Below are positions 26,397 to 38,528 of a stretch of 64,000 nt of DNA, in pieces (the first letter of the stretch is position 1; each line of letters begins with the position of its first letter). The notes under the pieces are model-generated. The model had not been told where the DNA came from, made no database searches, and saw only the letters and a program-made list of their open reading frames with translations. This stretch comes from Eledone cirrhosa. Its lineage: Eukaryota. Made by a program: the position numbers and the translations under genes. The DNA lies in assembly GCA_964016885.1 (NCBI GenBank), contig OZ024745.1, forward strand, positions 72,044,001 through 72,108,000. Direction: 5' to 3'.

Positions 26397-26562
26397 CTTG
26401 TTAATTCGTTGATATACCCAGATCCGGAAAGTGGTGTTGTTAATCCACAGAACTGTCGGCATATGAACTAAAATTAACGAACTCTGGCATCCGAAGGGTA
26501 TACTTTCTTCTGATTGGTCAGATACCATTGTGACAGGTCAGTTGTCCTTGAAGCGGGTCAGC
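26397..26562 (-). other. Possible 166-nt exon
   Basis: TTGCAG acceptor and AAG|GTAAAC donor around unique sequence; all frames have stops unless translation starts internally (MVSDQSEE...RINK). Confidence 0.25.
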
Positions 26563-26594
26563 CTGCAATAGTTGATTTTAACAATCATCTATAA

Positions 26595-26937
26595 CAGGAG
26601 TTTGCAACAGGCGGCCCGCGAGCCACAATCGGGCCCGCCAGACTAGTCAGAGTGGCCCATGATGACCTTTTTTTAATTTTTACCTTGTAGGCTTATTTAG
26701 AATTTTTTTCGTATCCAGACATTGATAAATTGTTAAAAAACACCAAATACCAAGTCTCACGTTAATAAAACTAAATTATATTATATTTGTCTTTATTGGT
26801 TAAAAATGTATTAACATTGTATTTATGACTCAATTCACTGGTTTTTATTAGATTACATATTTTTGACAGCGACTGGCCCTAATAGTTGTTCAAATGTTCA
26901 AAAGTGGCCCGCCAATGGAATATGTTGCACACCCCTG
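26595..26937. mobile_element. hAT (Charlie-like) MITE
   Basis: Ends CAGGAGTTTGCAAC / GTTGCACACCCCTG; subterminal GGCCCGC motifs; 8-bp TSD ATCTATAA / AGCTATAA with one mismatch. Confidence 0.85.
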
Positions 26938-27213
26938 AGCTATAATATCTGCAAGTAGGAGTGTTTTGGTCCAGTTGACCTATTCTACTATGGTGGCCAT
27001 CTCCCCCCCACCCAGTTTCACCCCCCCTATATAGTAGCCCCACAGAAAAGGGGCGTTGGTGGCATGATAGATTCCTTGAGACATGGTTTAAGTCTGTGAA
27101 ACAATCCCTAGCAGGCATGGACCTGCTCGAGAAGTTGGCCCGTGAGAGCACTTGTGACTGTTTGGAATGGAGATCTATACATACATACGTACATACATAC
27201 ATACATACTTACA

Positions 27214-27900
27214 TGATAGCTGCAAACTCTGCCAAGAGTATTGCAATCGCTTGTCAGATTCAGATGTGTGACACTCGGATATGGCTTTTTAAGCCTGCTA
27301 GAGACTTGCACTCCTTCACACACTGACGACACCTATGGATCTCCCTGGCTTGAGGTCCTGCATCAGGTTGCCCGTGAACCCTCTCAACACCGTGGAGATC
27401 ATAGTTCACTGGTTATCTTTGAACATGGCTGCGACTGTGGCTCCTGAGACCAGATTTGATCAAGCAAATTTTTCCACACTCGGCACACTTCAATTCAATG
27501 GAGACACCGATAGTTTCGAGAGATACACCAGGGCATTGCTTACACACATCCCGTTTGATCTTCTCGTGCTCTATGCATCTGTCCTCAAAATTATGGACCC
27601 CATCATTCACCATTCCACGCCAAGTTTCTCTTTCAAGAGCTTCTAACTCCCAGTCAGCCATCATCAAACCAATTTTTTTCAATGAGTCCTTTACACAATC
27701 CTTGAATCAGAGCCTTGGCTTGTGAGGTGGTCTCTTACCCTCACAAAGCTCGCCATACAAGAGCTGTTTTGGGATTCGATCATCCTCCATTCTGCAGAGG
27801 TGTCTGGTCCACCGCAAACACTGTTGGTGGATGATACTCTCAATGCTCCGACACTCACTTCTCTCAAGGACCTCAACTTGACTCACATGCATCTGCCACT
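27214..27900 (-). pseudogene. 3' fragment of a second RTE family
   Basis: QCLRWTRHLCRMEDDRIPKQLLYGEL..GKRPPHKP and CAECGKICLIKSGLRSHSRSH; (TATG)n tail at ~27180-27210. Confidence 0.85.
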
Positions 27901-27902
27901 TG

Positions 27903-28001
<99 letters not shown>

Positions 28002-28886
28002 CATACACATTTACATACATACTCAAACATACATCAATACACACGCGCTTTTCATACATATGTATACATATATACATACATACATACATACATACATACA
28101 TACATACATACATACATACATAAATACATGAGTGTATGTGTATCTGTGCGTGTGTGCGCGTCTGTGTGTAATTGTAAACGGTGTTTTTGCAGTATCAGCT
28201 TGAAGCATTTGTCTAGCTGATGCTATCATGCAAGTGCACATAACATTTGAGAATAAACAGTGAGACGCTGGGACATTAGCCTCCCAGGTACAACCAAAGA
28301 CTTTCAACTCGATCTTCTATGTTTAAATAGATTTAGATTGTTCAGATTTCTTCCTCCAAGTCATCTTATACAATATGAGTTAGATTCAGTCGAAAAATAA
28401 AACATTTTCTAACTACATTCAAGTGAGTTCTAAATCTAAATTTGTGCGTGTGTGTATATATTTGTGTATGAATGTGTGTGTGTGTAGGCATGTGTATGTG
28501 TGCATGTGTGCATTTATGTGTATGTGTGCATATGTGTGTGTATGTGTGAGTGTATGTGCGTGTGTGTAGGAATGTGTCTGTATACGCGTGTGTGTGTCTG
28601 TGTGTGTGTGCATGTGTGGGTTTATGTGTATGTGTGTATGTATGTGTGTATGTGTGTGTAGGTATGCATATTTGTGTATATGCAGTGGCGGACTGGGTTT
28701 AAAAATATTGGTTGCCAGGAGATGAAGGGGGCCCATCTACATATAGAATGCTATCATTTAATTTTTATAATGAATAAATAACATTTTCAAAAAATACATA
28801 ACTGGAAACAAAACAGTGCAATCAAATTTTTTCGGTAAAATATCTTACCTTCTCCAATAAAAATCCAGGGACTTTCAATAACGACC

Positions 28887-29338
28887 AGAAGTCGACCCTA
28901 AATATTAATAATAGCTCTAGAAAGCCATGAACGACACCACATCTTTTTAACTTTGATTTTGAAAGTATGTTTATAATTATGAATTTCCATTATACTTTCC
29001 TAGCTGTCTCGGTGGCCTAGTTGGAGGAATCATAGACGGTGGAGATCCTGGGTTGAAGTTCGATCCTGGTCGGGAGTAGGGTTCCCGGTAAACCGTTTCA
29101 GTCTTTTTCTATTGATTGTAAAATAAAAACTAAAAAGACGTTACATGTACCTCTTGACCAGGATTGAACCCAAGGGCAGGATTTCCACCATCTCTGGTAC
29201 CTACCGCTAGGCCACATAGACAAATACGAAGGTCTTATGAAAATTCATACTTATAACCTACTTTCAAAATTTTCAAAACAAAGTGTTGTGGTGTCGTTCA
29301 TATCTTAATGTTATTGTTCCTACTTAAGGTCGACTTCT
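28887..29338. repeat. Diverged inverted repeat carrying two convergent tRNA-like Pol III cassettes
   Basis: Mirrored AGAAGTCGACC, ATGAACGACACCACA, A-box (GTGGCCTAG), B-box (GTTCRATCC) and GTCTTTTT on each strand. Confidence 0.65.
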
Positions 29339-29816
29339 AAATCATTTGGGTGTTCCATGAACTACATCCTCATTTTGTTTCACATTTATCTAGACTAAAT
29401 TTTAACCTGTAATCCATGTCTCTATTCTGTTGCACCTCATTTCTCCCCCTACTCCTCTCTCTCTTTCTCTCCGTGATATTTGAATCTACTATGATTTGGG
29501 CTTACCTTATTCCTATATATATGTTTTGCATGTCAGTTAGATTCAAACTTTCAATGATTGGCATTATATATATATATACAGTGGTGGACTAGGTAAAAAA
29601 ATATTGGTTGTCAGATGAAGGGGCCCATCTACATATAGAATGCTATCATTTACTTTTTATAATGAATAAATAACATTTTCAAAAAATACATAAGTGGAAA
29701 TAAAACAGTGCAATCGAATTTTTGCGGTAAAATATCTTACCTTCTCCAATCAAAAATATTATGTATTTTGCGAAATCCTGAGACTTTCAATAATGATCTT
29801 TGGTCTTTCACACTCA

Positions 29817-29905
<89 letters not shown>

Positions 29906-29951
29906 CAAGAAATAAGAGTAACATGGTTGTCTGTACAATAAGGGCTTTATT

Positions 29952-30075
29952 CACAGTGCTGACAATTGTTTCTTTGATCTGGTAGGTATAGAGTTCGCTA
30001 ATCGCTAGATGTTGCGTCAATCGATAACCAATACTTTGTTTATAACCAGTTAATTCATCAGAGCGAGCGAATGTG
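29952..30075 (-). ncRNA. Type I hammerhead with ~80-nt stem II domain (left arm)
   Basis: CACA..GCU-CUGAUGA-[..CUGGU...ACCAG..]-GAAAC-AAUU-GUC^-AGC..UGUG; palindromic stem III ACAAUUGU. Confidence 0.65.
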
Positions 30076-30361
30076 AGGATAATATACAAGGCATGGCTTT
30101 TATAGAGGAGTGGTATTAGACCAGAACAATAATATCAATAACAAAATAACTAGACACTGAATAGTTAAATTAATAACATCAATATAAGTGATAGAATATA
30201 ATGATACCATACTAGTTTTATCATTTTATCATTATATTCTATTTCTCACTTATATTGATGTTATTAATTTAACTATTCAGTGTCTAGTTATTTTGTTATT
30301 GATATTATTGTTCTGGTCTAATACCACTCCTCTATAAAAGCCATGCCTTGTATATTATCCT

Positions 30362-30485
30362 CACATTCGCTCGCTCTGATGAATTAACTGGTTATAAACA
30401 AAGTATTGGAGATCTATTAACGCAACATCTAGCGATTAGCGAACTCTAGACCTACCAGATCAAAGAAACAATAGTCAGCATTGTG
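30362..30485 (+). ncRNA. Type I hammerhead with ~80-nt stem II domain (right arm)
   Basis: CUGAUGA 30376-30382, GAAAC 30465-30469, GUC 30474-30476, stem I GCU/AGC plus CACA/UGUG. Confidence 0.6.
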
Positions 30486-30702
30486 AATAAAACCCTCATT
30501 GTACAGACAAACATGTTACTCTTATTTCTTGAATTATTATTACGCCAAGTATAACCTACATAGAAATCACCGTGAACTCGCTGCATCACTATGAAAGCGT
30601 CTTGTTGAGTCAAAGCAAGCCATACGTTAATACCATCCACAATACGGAGTACTCTAACTGGACTACCTCTAAGTGGATTGCCTATAACGATAACTTGTTA
30701 TC

Positions 30703-30747
<45 letters not shown>

Positions 30748-30754
<7 letters not shown>

Positions 30755-32580
30755 AAGTGAGTCCTTCATCAGTGACCCTCCAACCGTCCTAGGCATTTCA
30801 TCGCTTTAAGGGCCATATGCCTCAGGTTGGTGCGAACAACGGCTAAAAAAAGTTGTTGGGACACTTAAACAAAGGGGACGCCAGGGTAACAACAAAAAGG
30901 TTTAAGCAACGGAAAGTGAGAAGAAATAGACAAGTCCCAGATCTCTATGAATATAAACTCGGTGAAATCGTGAACAAGAGACAAAAGACCATCAAACCTG
31001 GTTGAAATGTGAGCAAGGAAAGAATTTCGCCCAAGTTTGACGAGGGGGAAAAAAGAGAGAGAGAAAGGAGAGAAGAGGAAGAAGAAGAAGAAGAAGAAGA
31101 AGAAGAAGAAGAAGAAGAAGAAGAAGAAGAAGAAGAAGAAGAAGATAAAGGGGTCTGGTCTACGAATTCGGTAAACGTAAGTTTTGTGAAGTCGCAGACG
31201 AAAGAGAGAGAGAAAAAAATTCCATACCAGCTTGGTCAAGACTGCGTGAGAAAAGAATTACACACAGGTCAAACTTGAAGGAGGAGGAAAGAGGAGGAGG
31301 AGAGGTAGTGACAGAGAATGAGTGAGTGAAAGTTGAGGAGGAGGCTAACAGAGAGAGAGACTGCTAGAAAGGGTAAAGATACAAGGAACGAAACAGACGA
31401 GTGGCAGCATGGAAAAAATATATGTGTAAATATGATAATAATGGAGCTGCGGCGTTGCAAATGGGATACATATGAAAAAGTGAGTCCTTCATCAGTGACC
31501 CTCCAACCGTCCTAGGCATTTCATCGCTTTAAGGGCCATATGCCTCAGGTTGGTGCGAACAACGGCTAAAAAAGGTCGTTGGGACACTTAAACAAAGGGG
31601 ACGCCAGGGTAACAACAAAAAGGTTTAAGCAACGGAAAGTGAGAAGAAATAGACAAGTCCCAGATCTCTATGAATATAAACTCGGTGAAATCGTGAACAA
31701 GAGACAAAAGACCATCAAACCTGGTTGAAATGCCTAGGACGGTTGGAGGGTCACTGATGAAGGACTCACTTTTTCATATGTATCCCATTTGCAACGCCGC
31801 AGCTCCATTATTATCATATTTACACATATATTTTTTCCATGCTGCCACTCGTCTGTTTCGTTCCTTGTATCTTTACCCTTTCTAGCAGTCTCTCTCTCTG
31901 TTAGCCTCCTCCTCAACTTTCACTCACTCATTCTCTGTCACTACCTCTTCTCCTCCTCTTTCCTCCTCCTCCTTCAAGTTTGACCTGTGTGTAATTCTTT
32001 TCTCACGCGGTCTTGACCAAGCTGGTATGGAATTTTTTTCTCTCTCTCTTTCGTCTGTGACTTCACAAAACTTACGTTTACCGAATTCGTAGACCAGACC
32101 CCTTCTTCTTCTTCTTCTTCTTCTTCTTCTTCTTCTTCTTCTTCTTCTTCTTCTTCTTCTTCTTCTTCTTCTTCTTCTTCTTCTTCTTCTTCTTCTTCTT
32201 CTTCTTCTTCTTCCTCTTCTCTCCTTTCTCTCTCTCTTTTTTCCCCCTCGTCAAACTTGGGCGAAATTCTTTCCTTGCTCACATTTCAACCAGGTTTGAT
32301 GGTCTTTTGTCTCTTGTTCACGATTTCACCGAGTTTATATTCATAGAGATCTGGGACTTGTCTATTTCTTCTCACTTTCCGTTGCTTAAACCTTTTTGTT
32401 GTTACCCTGGCGTCCCCTTTGTTTAAGTGTCCCAACGACTTTTTTTAGCCGTTGTTCGCACCAACCTGAGGCATATGGCCCTTAAAGCGATGAAATGCCT
32501 AGGACGGTTGGAGGGTCACTGATGAAGGACTCACTTTTTCATATGTATCCCATTTGCAACGCCGCAGCTCCATTATTATC

Positions 32581-32582
<2 letters not shown>
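30748..32582. mobile_element. Family B2: ~723-bp unit, ~1.35 copies on minus strand joined to ~1.15 copies on plus strand
   Basis: Motif repeats at 30761 and 31484; inversion junction at 31726-31732; internal (GAA)n of variable length; (TA)n at both ends. Confidence 0.88.
32429..32530 (+). ncRNA. Permuted hammerhead-like motif, family B2 (minus-strand copies 30761-30862, 31484-31585; partial 31727-31765)
   Basis: GUCC-CAACGAC.loop.GCCGUUG-UUCGCA-CCAACC-UGA-GGCAU-A^-UGGCCCU-UAAA-GCGAU-GAA-AUGCC-UAG-GAC-GGUUGG-AGGGUCA-CUGAUGA-AGGAC. Confidence 0.7.
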
Positions 32583-32619
<37 letters not shown>

Positions 32620-32625
32620 TATATA

Positions 32626-33320
32626 CGGAAAAAATGAAGCGAAATTTCATTTCCCACTCTTAGTACTTAAATATAAGTATGTATACGTACATACATATAT
32701 GTATACAGACGTACAGTAGTATGTATATATACATACATGCACATATATATATATGTACGTATGGATTCACCAAACATTTATTATAATGCTCGGTGTGTTT
32801 GTAAACAAACATCCCGTATTAAGCCGCAGTGTCTAGCAACCACCGTTGCTCGTTTGTTCAACACTGACAAAGGAACGCTGTTCTAGTTTCAAGCTTGTTA
32901 GCTATCGTCAGCAACGTATACCTTCCGGCCAGATTGTTGAACGTCCGAAAGTATATACTTTCCTTATGCATATTAACGGCTGAGTAGCCCAATTTGCATA
33001 TCGAGTGGGTTAATCGGCCGGGTGCACCGAAAACGATAAACGGAAAAAATGAAACGAAATTTCATTTCCCACTCTTAGTACGGCTGTTACTTAAATATAA
33101 GTATGTACACGTACATACATATATGTATACAGACGTACAGTAGTATGTATATATATATATATACATACATGCACACATATATATATGTACGTATGGATTC
33201 ACCAAACATTTATTATAATGCTCGGTGTGTTTGTAAACAAACATCCTGTATTAAGCCGCAGTGTCTTCAACACTGACAAAGGAACGCTGTACTAGTTTCA
33301 AGCTTGTTAGCTATCGTTAG
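32626..33320 (-). mobile_element. Family A HHR element, ~415-bp unit, ~1.6 tandem copies
   Basis: CGGAAAAAATGAA.CGAAATTTCATTTCCC at 32626 and 33041; HHR at ~32875-32917 has GAA instead of GUA at the cleavage triplet; second HHR truncated near 33320. Confidence 0.8.
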
Positions 33321-33825
33321 TTTGTTTAGTAGAATGTACAACCACTGACTCCAGCTATTTACACTAACGTATATTTTGGTTTCTAGTAATTCCGTGGAGA
33401 ATTGGTTGACCAAATGCTTTGTTTAATTGTTTTATATATTTAAACAAAATTTTATTCTTTCTCTTAGATTTCAAGTATTTTTTGAAAGCACAGCATTGGT
33501 CCCTAAAATACTACTGTGCGCTCTTGCAATGCTACCGTGCCCCCTCCCCCGGGGCCCCATTGGGCAACCTGGTAATCTGGCCAGTCTGCCACTGTGTATT
33601 GTATGTGAATGTTAGACTTCCGTCGATCCTAACGATGTGTGTTCCAGTTCTTTGCTCAACAGTACGGCATAGTGAAATTAATCTATAAGTTACTGAGCAT
33701 TCCACAAACACGTGTACCATTAATGCAATTATCAGTAAGATTCAGCGTGACGACATGTGGGAGAAAGCTGAGCGTTTGAATCTCAGCTAATGTTTTTTTT
33801 CTGGCTGGGATCGATAATTCTATCT

Positions 33826-34014
33826 TTCACTATGAATCTCTCCCCCTCTCTCTCTCTCTCTCACTATGACTCTCTCTCTCCCTACGACTCTCTATCTCTC
33901 TCACTATGACACTCTCTCTCTCCCACTATGACTCTCTCTCTCTCTCCCTATGACTCTCTCTCTCTCCCTACGACTCTCTCTCTCTCTCACTATGACTCTC
34001 TCTCTCTCTGACTA

Positions 34015-34048
<34 letters not shown>

Positions 34049-34145
34049 CCTCTCTCTCTCTCTCACATTATGACTCGCTCTCTCTTTCATTATGGCTCTC
34101 CTTCTACCTTTCATTATGACTCTCTCTCTCTCCGTCTCATTATGA
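33826..34145. repeat. Compound (CT)n / CACTATGACT minisatellite
   Basis: CTATGACTCTCTCT unit recurs about ten times. Confidence 0.8.
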
Positions 34146-34607
34146 TACCCCCTCGTCCTCTCTTTCTCTGGAAGAAATCGACGTCCCTACGAATTCTTCG
34201 GGAGTTAAGAGCCTTTTACCTCCCCCCTTTTTTTTTTACCATGATATCTAATTGTTTTGTTCATATCATATCTCTTTAAAGCAAGGAACTATTCAACAAG
34301 TAATTTCTCTAATTTGAAACTTTCTAGACTAAAGGTTCTACCCGCAACAGGTGGTTAATGTCAAACACATTCGACCGACTTAAATAGCACACATTGGATT
34401 GACCTATATAACACAAACGGAATAGTAATAAAGACATAGATTTGTTTATTTTCGTAGCATGGAAGCTTTTATTAGAAATGCTTCAGGTGGTAACAATTTT
34501 CCGATGGCTCTCTTCTTTATTATCATTCTACCCACGCGACAGGAACGTTCCTCGCGAGAAAAGAATGCTTGGCACAAAAGTAAATGTAAAATAGACACTC
34601 AAATCAG

Positions 34608-34692
<85 letters not shown>

Positions 34693-35051
34693 AAGATTTA
34701 ATATATGTAGTGACATATATATACACACAGATGCATACCAATGCTAGCAAATACATAGGTTTTGTCTTAGTAACTTTGTGGTTCAATGCATGGGGTTGCA
34801 GAACAATAATATGAGAGACGTAAAATAAGAAAATTATAAATTAACTTACTTATATCAGAGCACCAATTCTAGTATATATATATAAAAATATATATATATA
34901 TATATATATGCATATATACATATATTATATCATATATCGGCTCTTTACAGTCTGAGTTCAAATCACGCTGAGGTTAACTTTGCTATACATCCTTACGGGG
35001 TCGATAAAAATCATATATATATATATATATATATACACACGCACATACACG

Positions 35052-35182
<131 letters not shown>

Positions 35183-35406
35183 ATTTATATATATATATAT
35201 ATATATACACGGTTCAAGAGTAACCAATCTTAAAGAGAGAGATGGAGATAGTAGGGGAGATATGAGAAGAAACGGACATTATTATAATTAATATTATTAT
35301 TATTATTATTATTATTCGCTACATTCCTTACATCAAACTAAAATATGTTGACAATCTTTTAATAATGTCTTCCTTGTGAAATTTGTGGTCTTGTTTTGCT
35401 TAACTA

Positions 35407-35456
<50 letters not shown>

Positions 35457-35461
<5 letters not shown>

Positions 35462-35645
35462 AACAAGTAAGAGCCCGACGGCTGAGCTCAAGCCGTTTCG
35501 ACGGCTAATTCTGAATTAGCCGTCGAAACGGCTTGAGCTCAGCCGTCGGGGTCTTACTTGTTCCTATTACCCACTCTACTACCCTAAGTATTGAGTACTT
35601 TGGTGCGTTATGGTCCACCTGGTTCCTTACCACATTTCCTTCGTT
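35457..35645 (+). mobile_element. Short fold-back remnant: 111-bp palindrome containing the 3' half of a hammerhead, plus tail, within (TA)n
   Basis: Palindrome 35457-35567 centred at 35512 with one mismatch; GAAAC-GGCU-ugagcuc-AGCC-GUC at 35525-35547. Confidence 0.65.
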
Positions 35646-35967
35646 ATATATATATATATATATATATATACTCTTTTACCTGATCCAGCCATAAGGCTGG
35701 AGCACATATATATAATCCTACGTTAACCCTAACCTCAACGAAGAAATATACCGATTGATAGGGGACCAGCAATATACTGAAGTCGCTTGTTAGATTTTCG
35801 TTTCAGTCATATATGCCTTATATTTCTCTCACCCAATGCTTTTAAATACGCGTCATGTCTAAGGAAAGAAATTTGGGAGTAACGTGAACTTAAAGGTGAA
35901 GCAGTCAGGACATCAGTTCGTATCCCGTTACCGACAACACGTAACGTTCGTGTCCATCACGTAGTCC

Positions 35968-36390
35968 AGTTCTTCTTCTTCTTCTTCTTCTTCTTCTTCT
36001 TCTTCTTCTTCTTCTTCTTCTTCTTCTTCGTCCACTTATTCCTGAGAGGGTCGTGGGGGCAGAGTCCTCAAACACTCCTTCTAGCGGCAAGAAGCAGCTG
36101 TTTCCAACTGATCCGGCTGGATCTCCAATTGTGACCAGCCAAGCTCATGGATGTGATCCAACCATTTTGCTCGGGGTTTACCCCTGGGTCTCATGCCGGT
36201 TGGTTTTGCCCGTAAAATCTGTCCACCGATTCTTTCCAGAGACATTCTAACCACATACCCATAATATCGGTTCTGTGATCTCTCAATTAGGAGAAGTAGC
36301 GGCTCTACCTGGGGTGACTCTCTGATCTCTGAGCTACGCACTTTATCGAGTAACGTTACCCAAAAGACCCTTCAGAGAAATCCCATTTAT
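35968..36390 (-). pseudogene. 3' end of an RTE-group LINE with (GAA)n tail; related pieces at 54937-55136 and 59228-59522
   Basis: IERSQNRYYGYVVRM...GMRPRGKPRAKWLDHI. Confidence 0.75.
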
Positions 36391-37538
36391 TATTTCTGTT
36401 TGCAAATGTCGTGGACTTCAATTGTTCAGGCAATAACCTACCATTCGATGTATCACTGCTTAAAGCTGCTTCTTGCATATAACTTGACATGCAACTCCTT
36501 AGTTTTCAGTGCTGAGATGAATATTTATGGGCGCATGTATATTGTTTAGGAAAAGAAGAGCTCCGGTAAGCTGATTTGCTCGTTCTGCTCCACACGTCAT
36601 TAAGATCTCAAATATGTAATATCAAAGTTGAAACATTTGATTAACAAATTCTTCTGCCAGGGAAAACCTCCATCGAACGGTGTTTTTTTTTTTAAAGAAA
36701 AAATGCACGGAGATATATCAATAGTATCAGTAACGCATAGTTTTGGACAAATGAGCAACAGAAAAGGGCAGACATATGTGCAATAAATATATGAGATTAC
36801 GTCTATTAAAAATACATCATTTAAATGCACATTAACTCTAAAATAGATAAATATTTCCTCAAAAACAACATAAAACAAAACACAAACTGTACCATACTAA
36901 ACAATATTTTACTACAAAACACTAAAGTAAAAACAAAAGTGTAAGTAACAAACCACAAATAAATAAACCCGTTAGAAATCTACTCTTAACTAATGCGACT
37001 TTTGATTTGATTGCAAGCGTATAAGTTGAAAACTTCACGACTGCTATAGTGTCCATATAATTTTGACACTCTTCTACATGGCCATAATGAAATACCCTAG
37101 ATCTCAAAACACAAAGAAAAACTAGATAGGAAAACGTTAGTAAACAATACATCTGTATTATTTAGACGACTAATGATAGAAACTATACTTATGGAGCAAA
37201 ACAATGAGAAAATAAACACATATCTAATATACATCTGATTGTTGACATATAAATCTAATTTTAAAAACCTTCAGCTTCCGGTAGTAATATGTACACAAAT
37301 TATATTAGTTTTGCTTGCTTAAATTGGTAGTAACACACGGAAATATCGCTTTATCTAGAAAAGGAAATTGCGAAGGTCTAGAAACGATGATGTGGAAATT
37401 GAGACCTGAATTGCTCCAAACAAGTGCAAAAGTTAAAAAAAAACATCTTGATAGAAATGATAAAGTTAGGACACATAGTTATGTTCTTTTTTTGTATTAC
37501 ATGTTTGAAAAATGCCATTCCGTTCGTGCACACACACA

Positions 37539-37637
<99 letters not shown>

Positions 37638-37678
37638 ACATACATATATGCATATATACATGCATACATACACAAAAA

Positions 37679-37714
<36 letters not shown>

Positions 37715-37745
37715 ATATATAAAACATATATATATATATATAATA

Positions 37746-37778
<33 letters not shown>

Positions 37779-38451
37779 TATATATATATACACATACGAT
37801 TCATAAAAACAGAACAACGAACCTTTTGCTCAAAGATACATTTTGTTCTATGTTTAGCGTTTTTACATGTTGCTGATATGAATAACATTTCTTGTTTTTC
37901 ATTTTTTTTTTACTTCAAATGAAGCACGGATCAAAACAAAGATCTCTTTTATCATAAACAAACAGTATTCTTTGAAATATTCTCAGAACTGATAAGCAGA
38001 TTTTTATAACGATTTTGTTTTGCACTATGTGTTTTCTCTGAAAATTTGATTGAGTCGTTCTCTTTCTATACTTGCATGTGGAAACTTGCCTTCCAGTCGT
38101 GAAAATAACTAAAGTATATATCAAATACACTCCATTAATATAATAAAGGACTAAGTAAATATAAGAAAAGATTTCTGAGAGATAGAAGGAACTATTGTGT
38201 GCACACGAGTAAAAAATAGTTCTTAGCGTAGATACGACATTTCAGTTAATAGAGGGGGGGGGGGGGATAGACGGGATATGGTAAATTAAAATATTCTTTA
38301 AAGTTATCAGCGAGAAAATTGAAACAACAACATTGGAAATCAAAAGCGGTTGAAAGAGATTATGTGCTAAAAATTCTCGCCGAGCATCGGCTTACTAATA
38401 TATGCCCACAGATTCCAACTATGCATGGTCTGTGTCAGTATGGCATATCTC

Positions 38452-38528
<77 letters not shown>

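Larger units (their letters stand above)
29902..30705 (+). mobile_element. Fold-back HHR element (~305-bp inverted arms 29902-30205 / 30226-30535 plus unique tail) within (TA)n
   Basis: Arms near-identical in reverse complement; each arm carries an HHR. Confidence 0.8.
28683..33594. mobile_element. hAT-like non-autonomous element inflated by nested insertions; left end present twice (28683, 29579)
   Basis: CAGTGGCGGACTGG (28683) and CAGTGGTGGACTAG (29579) versus CCAGTCTGCCACTG (33581-33594); ~180 bp of left end duplicated; TSD only partial. Confidence 0.55.
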
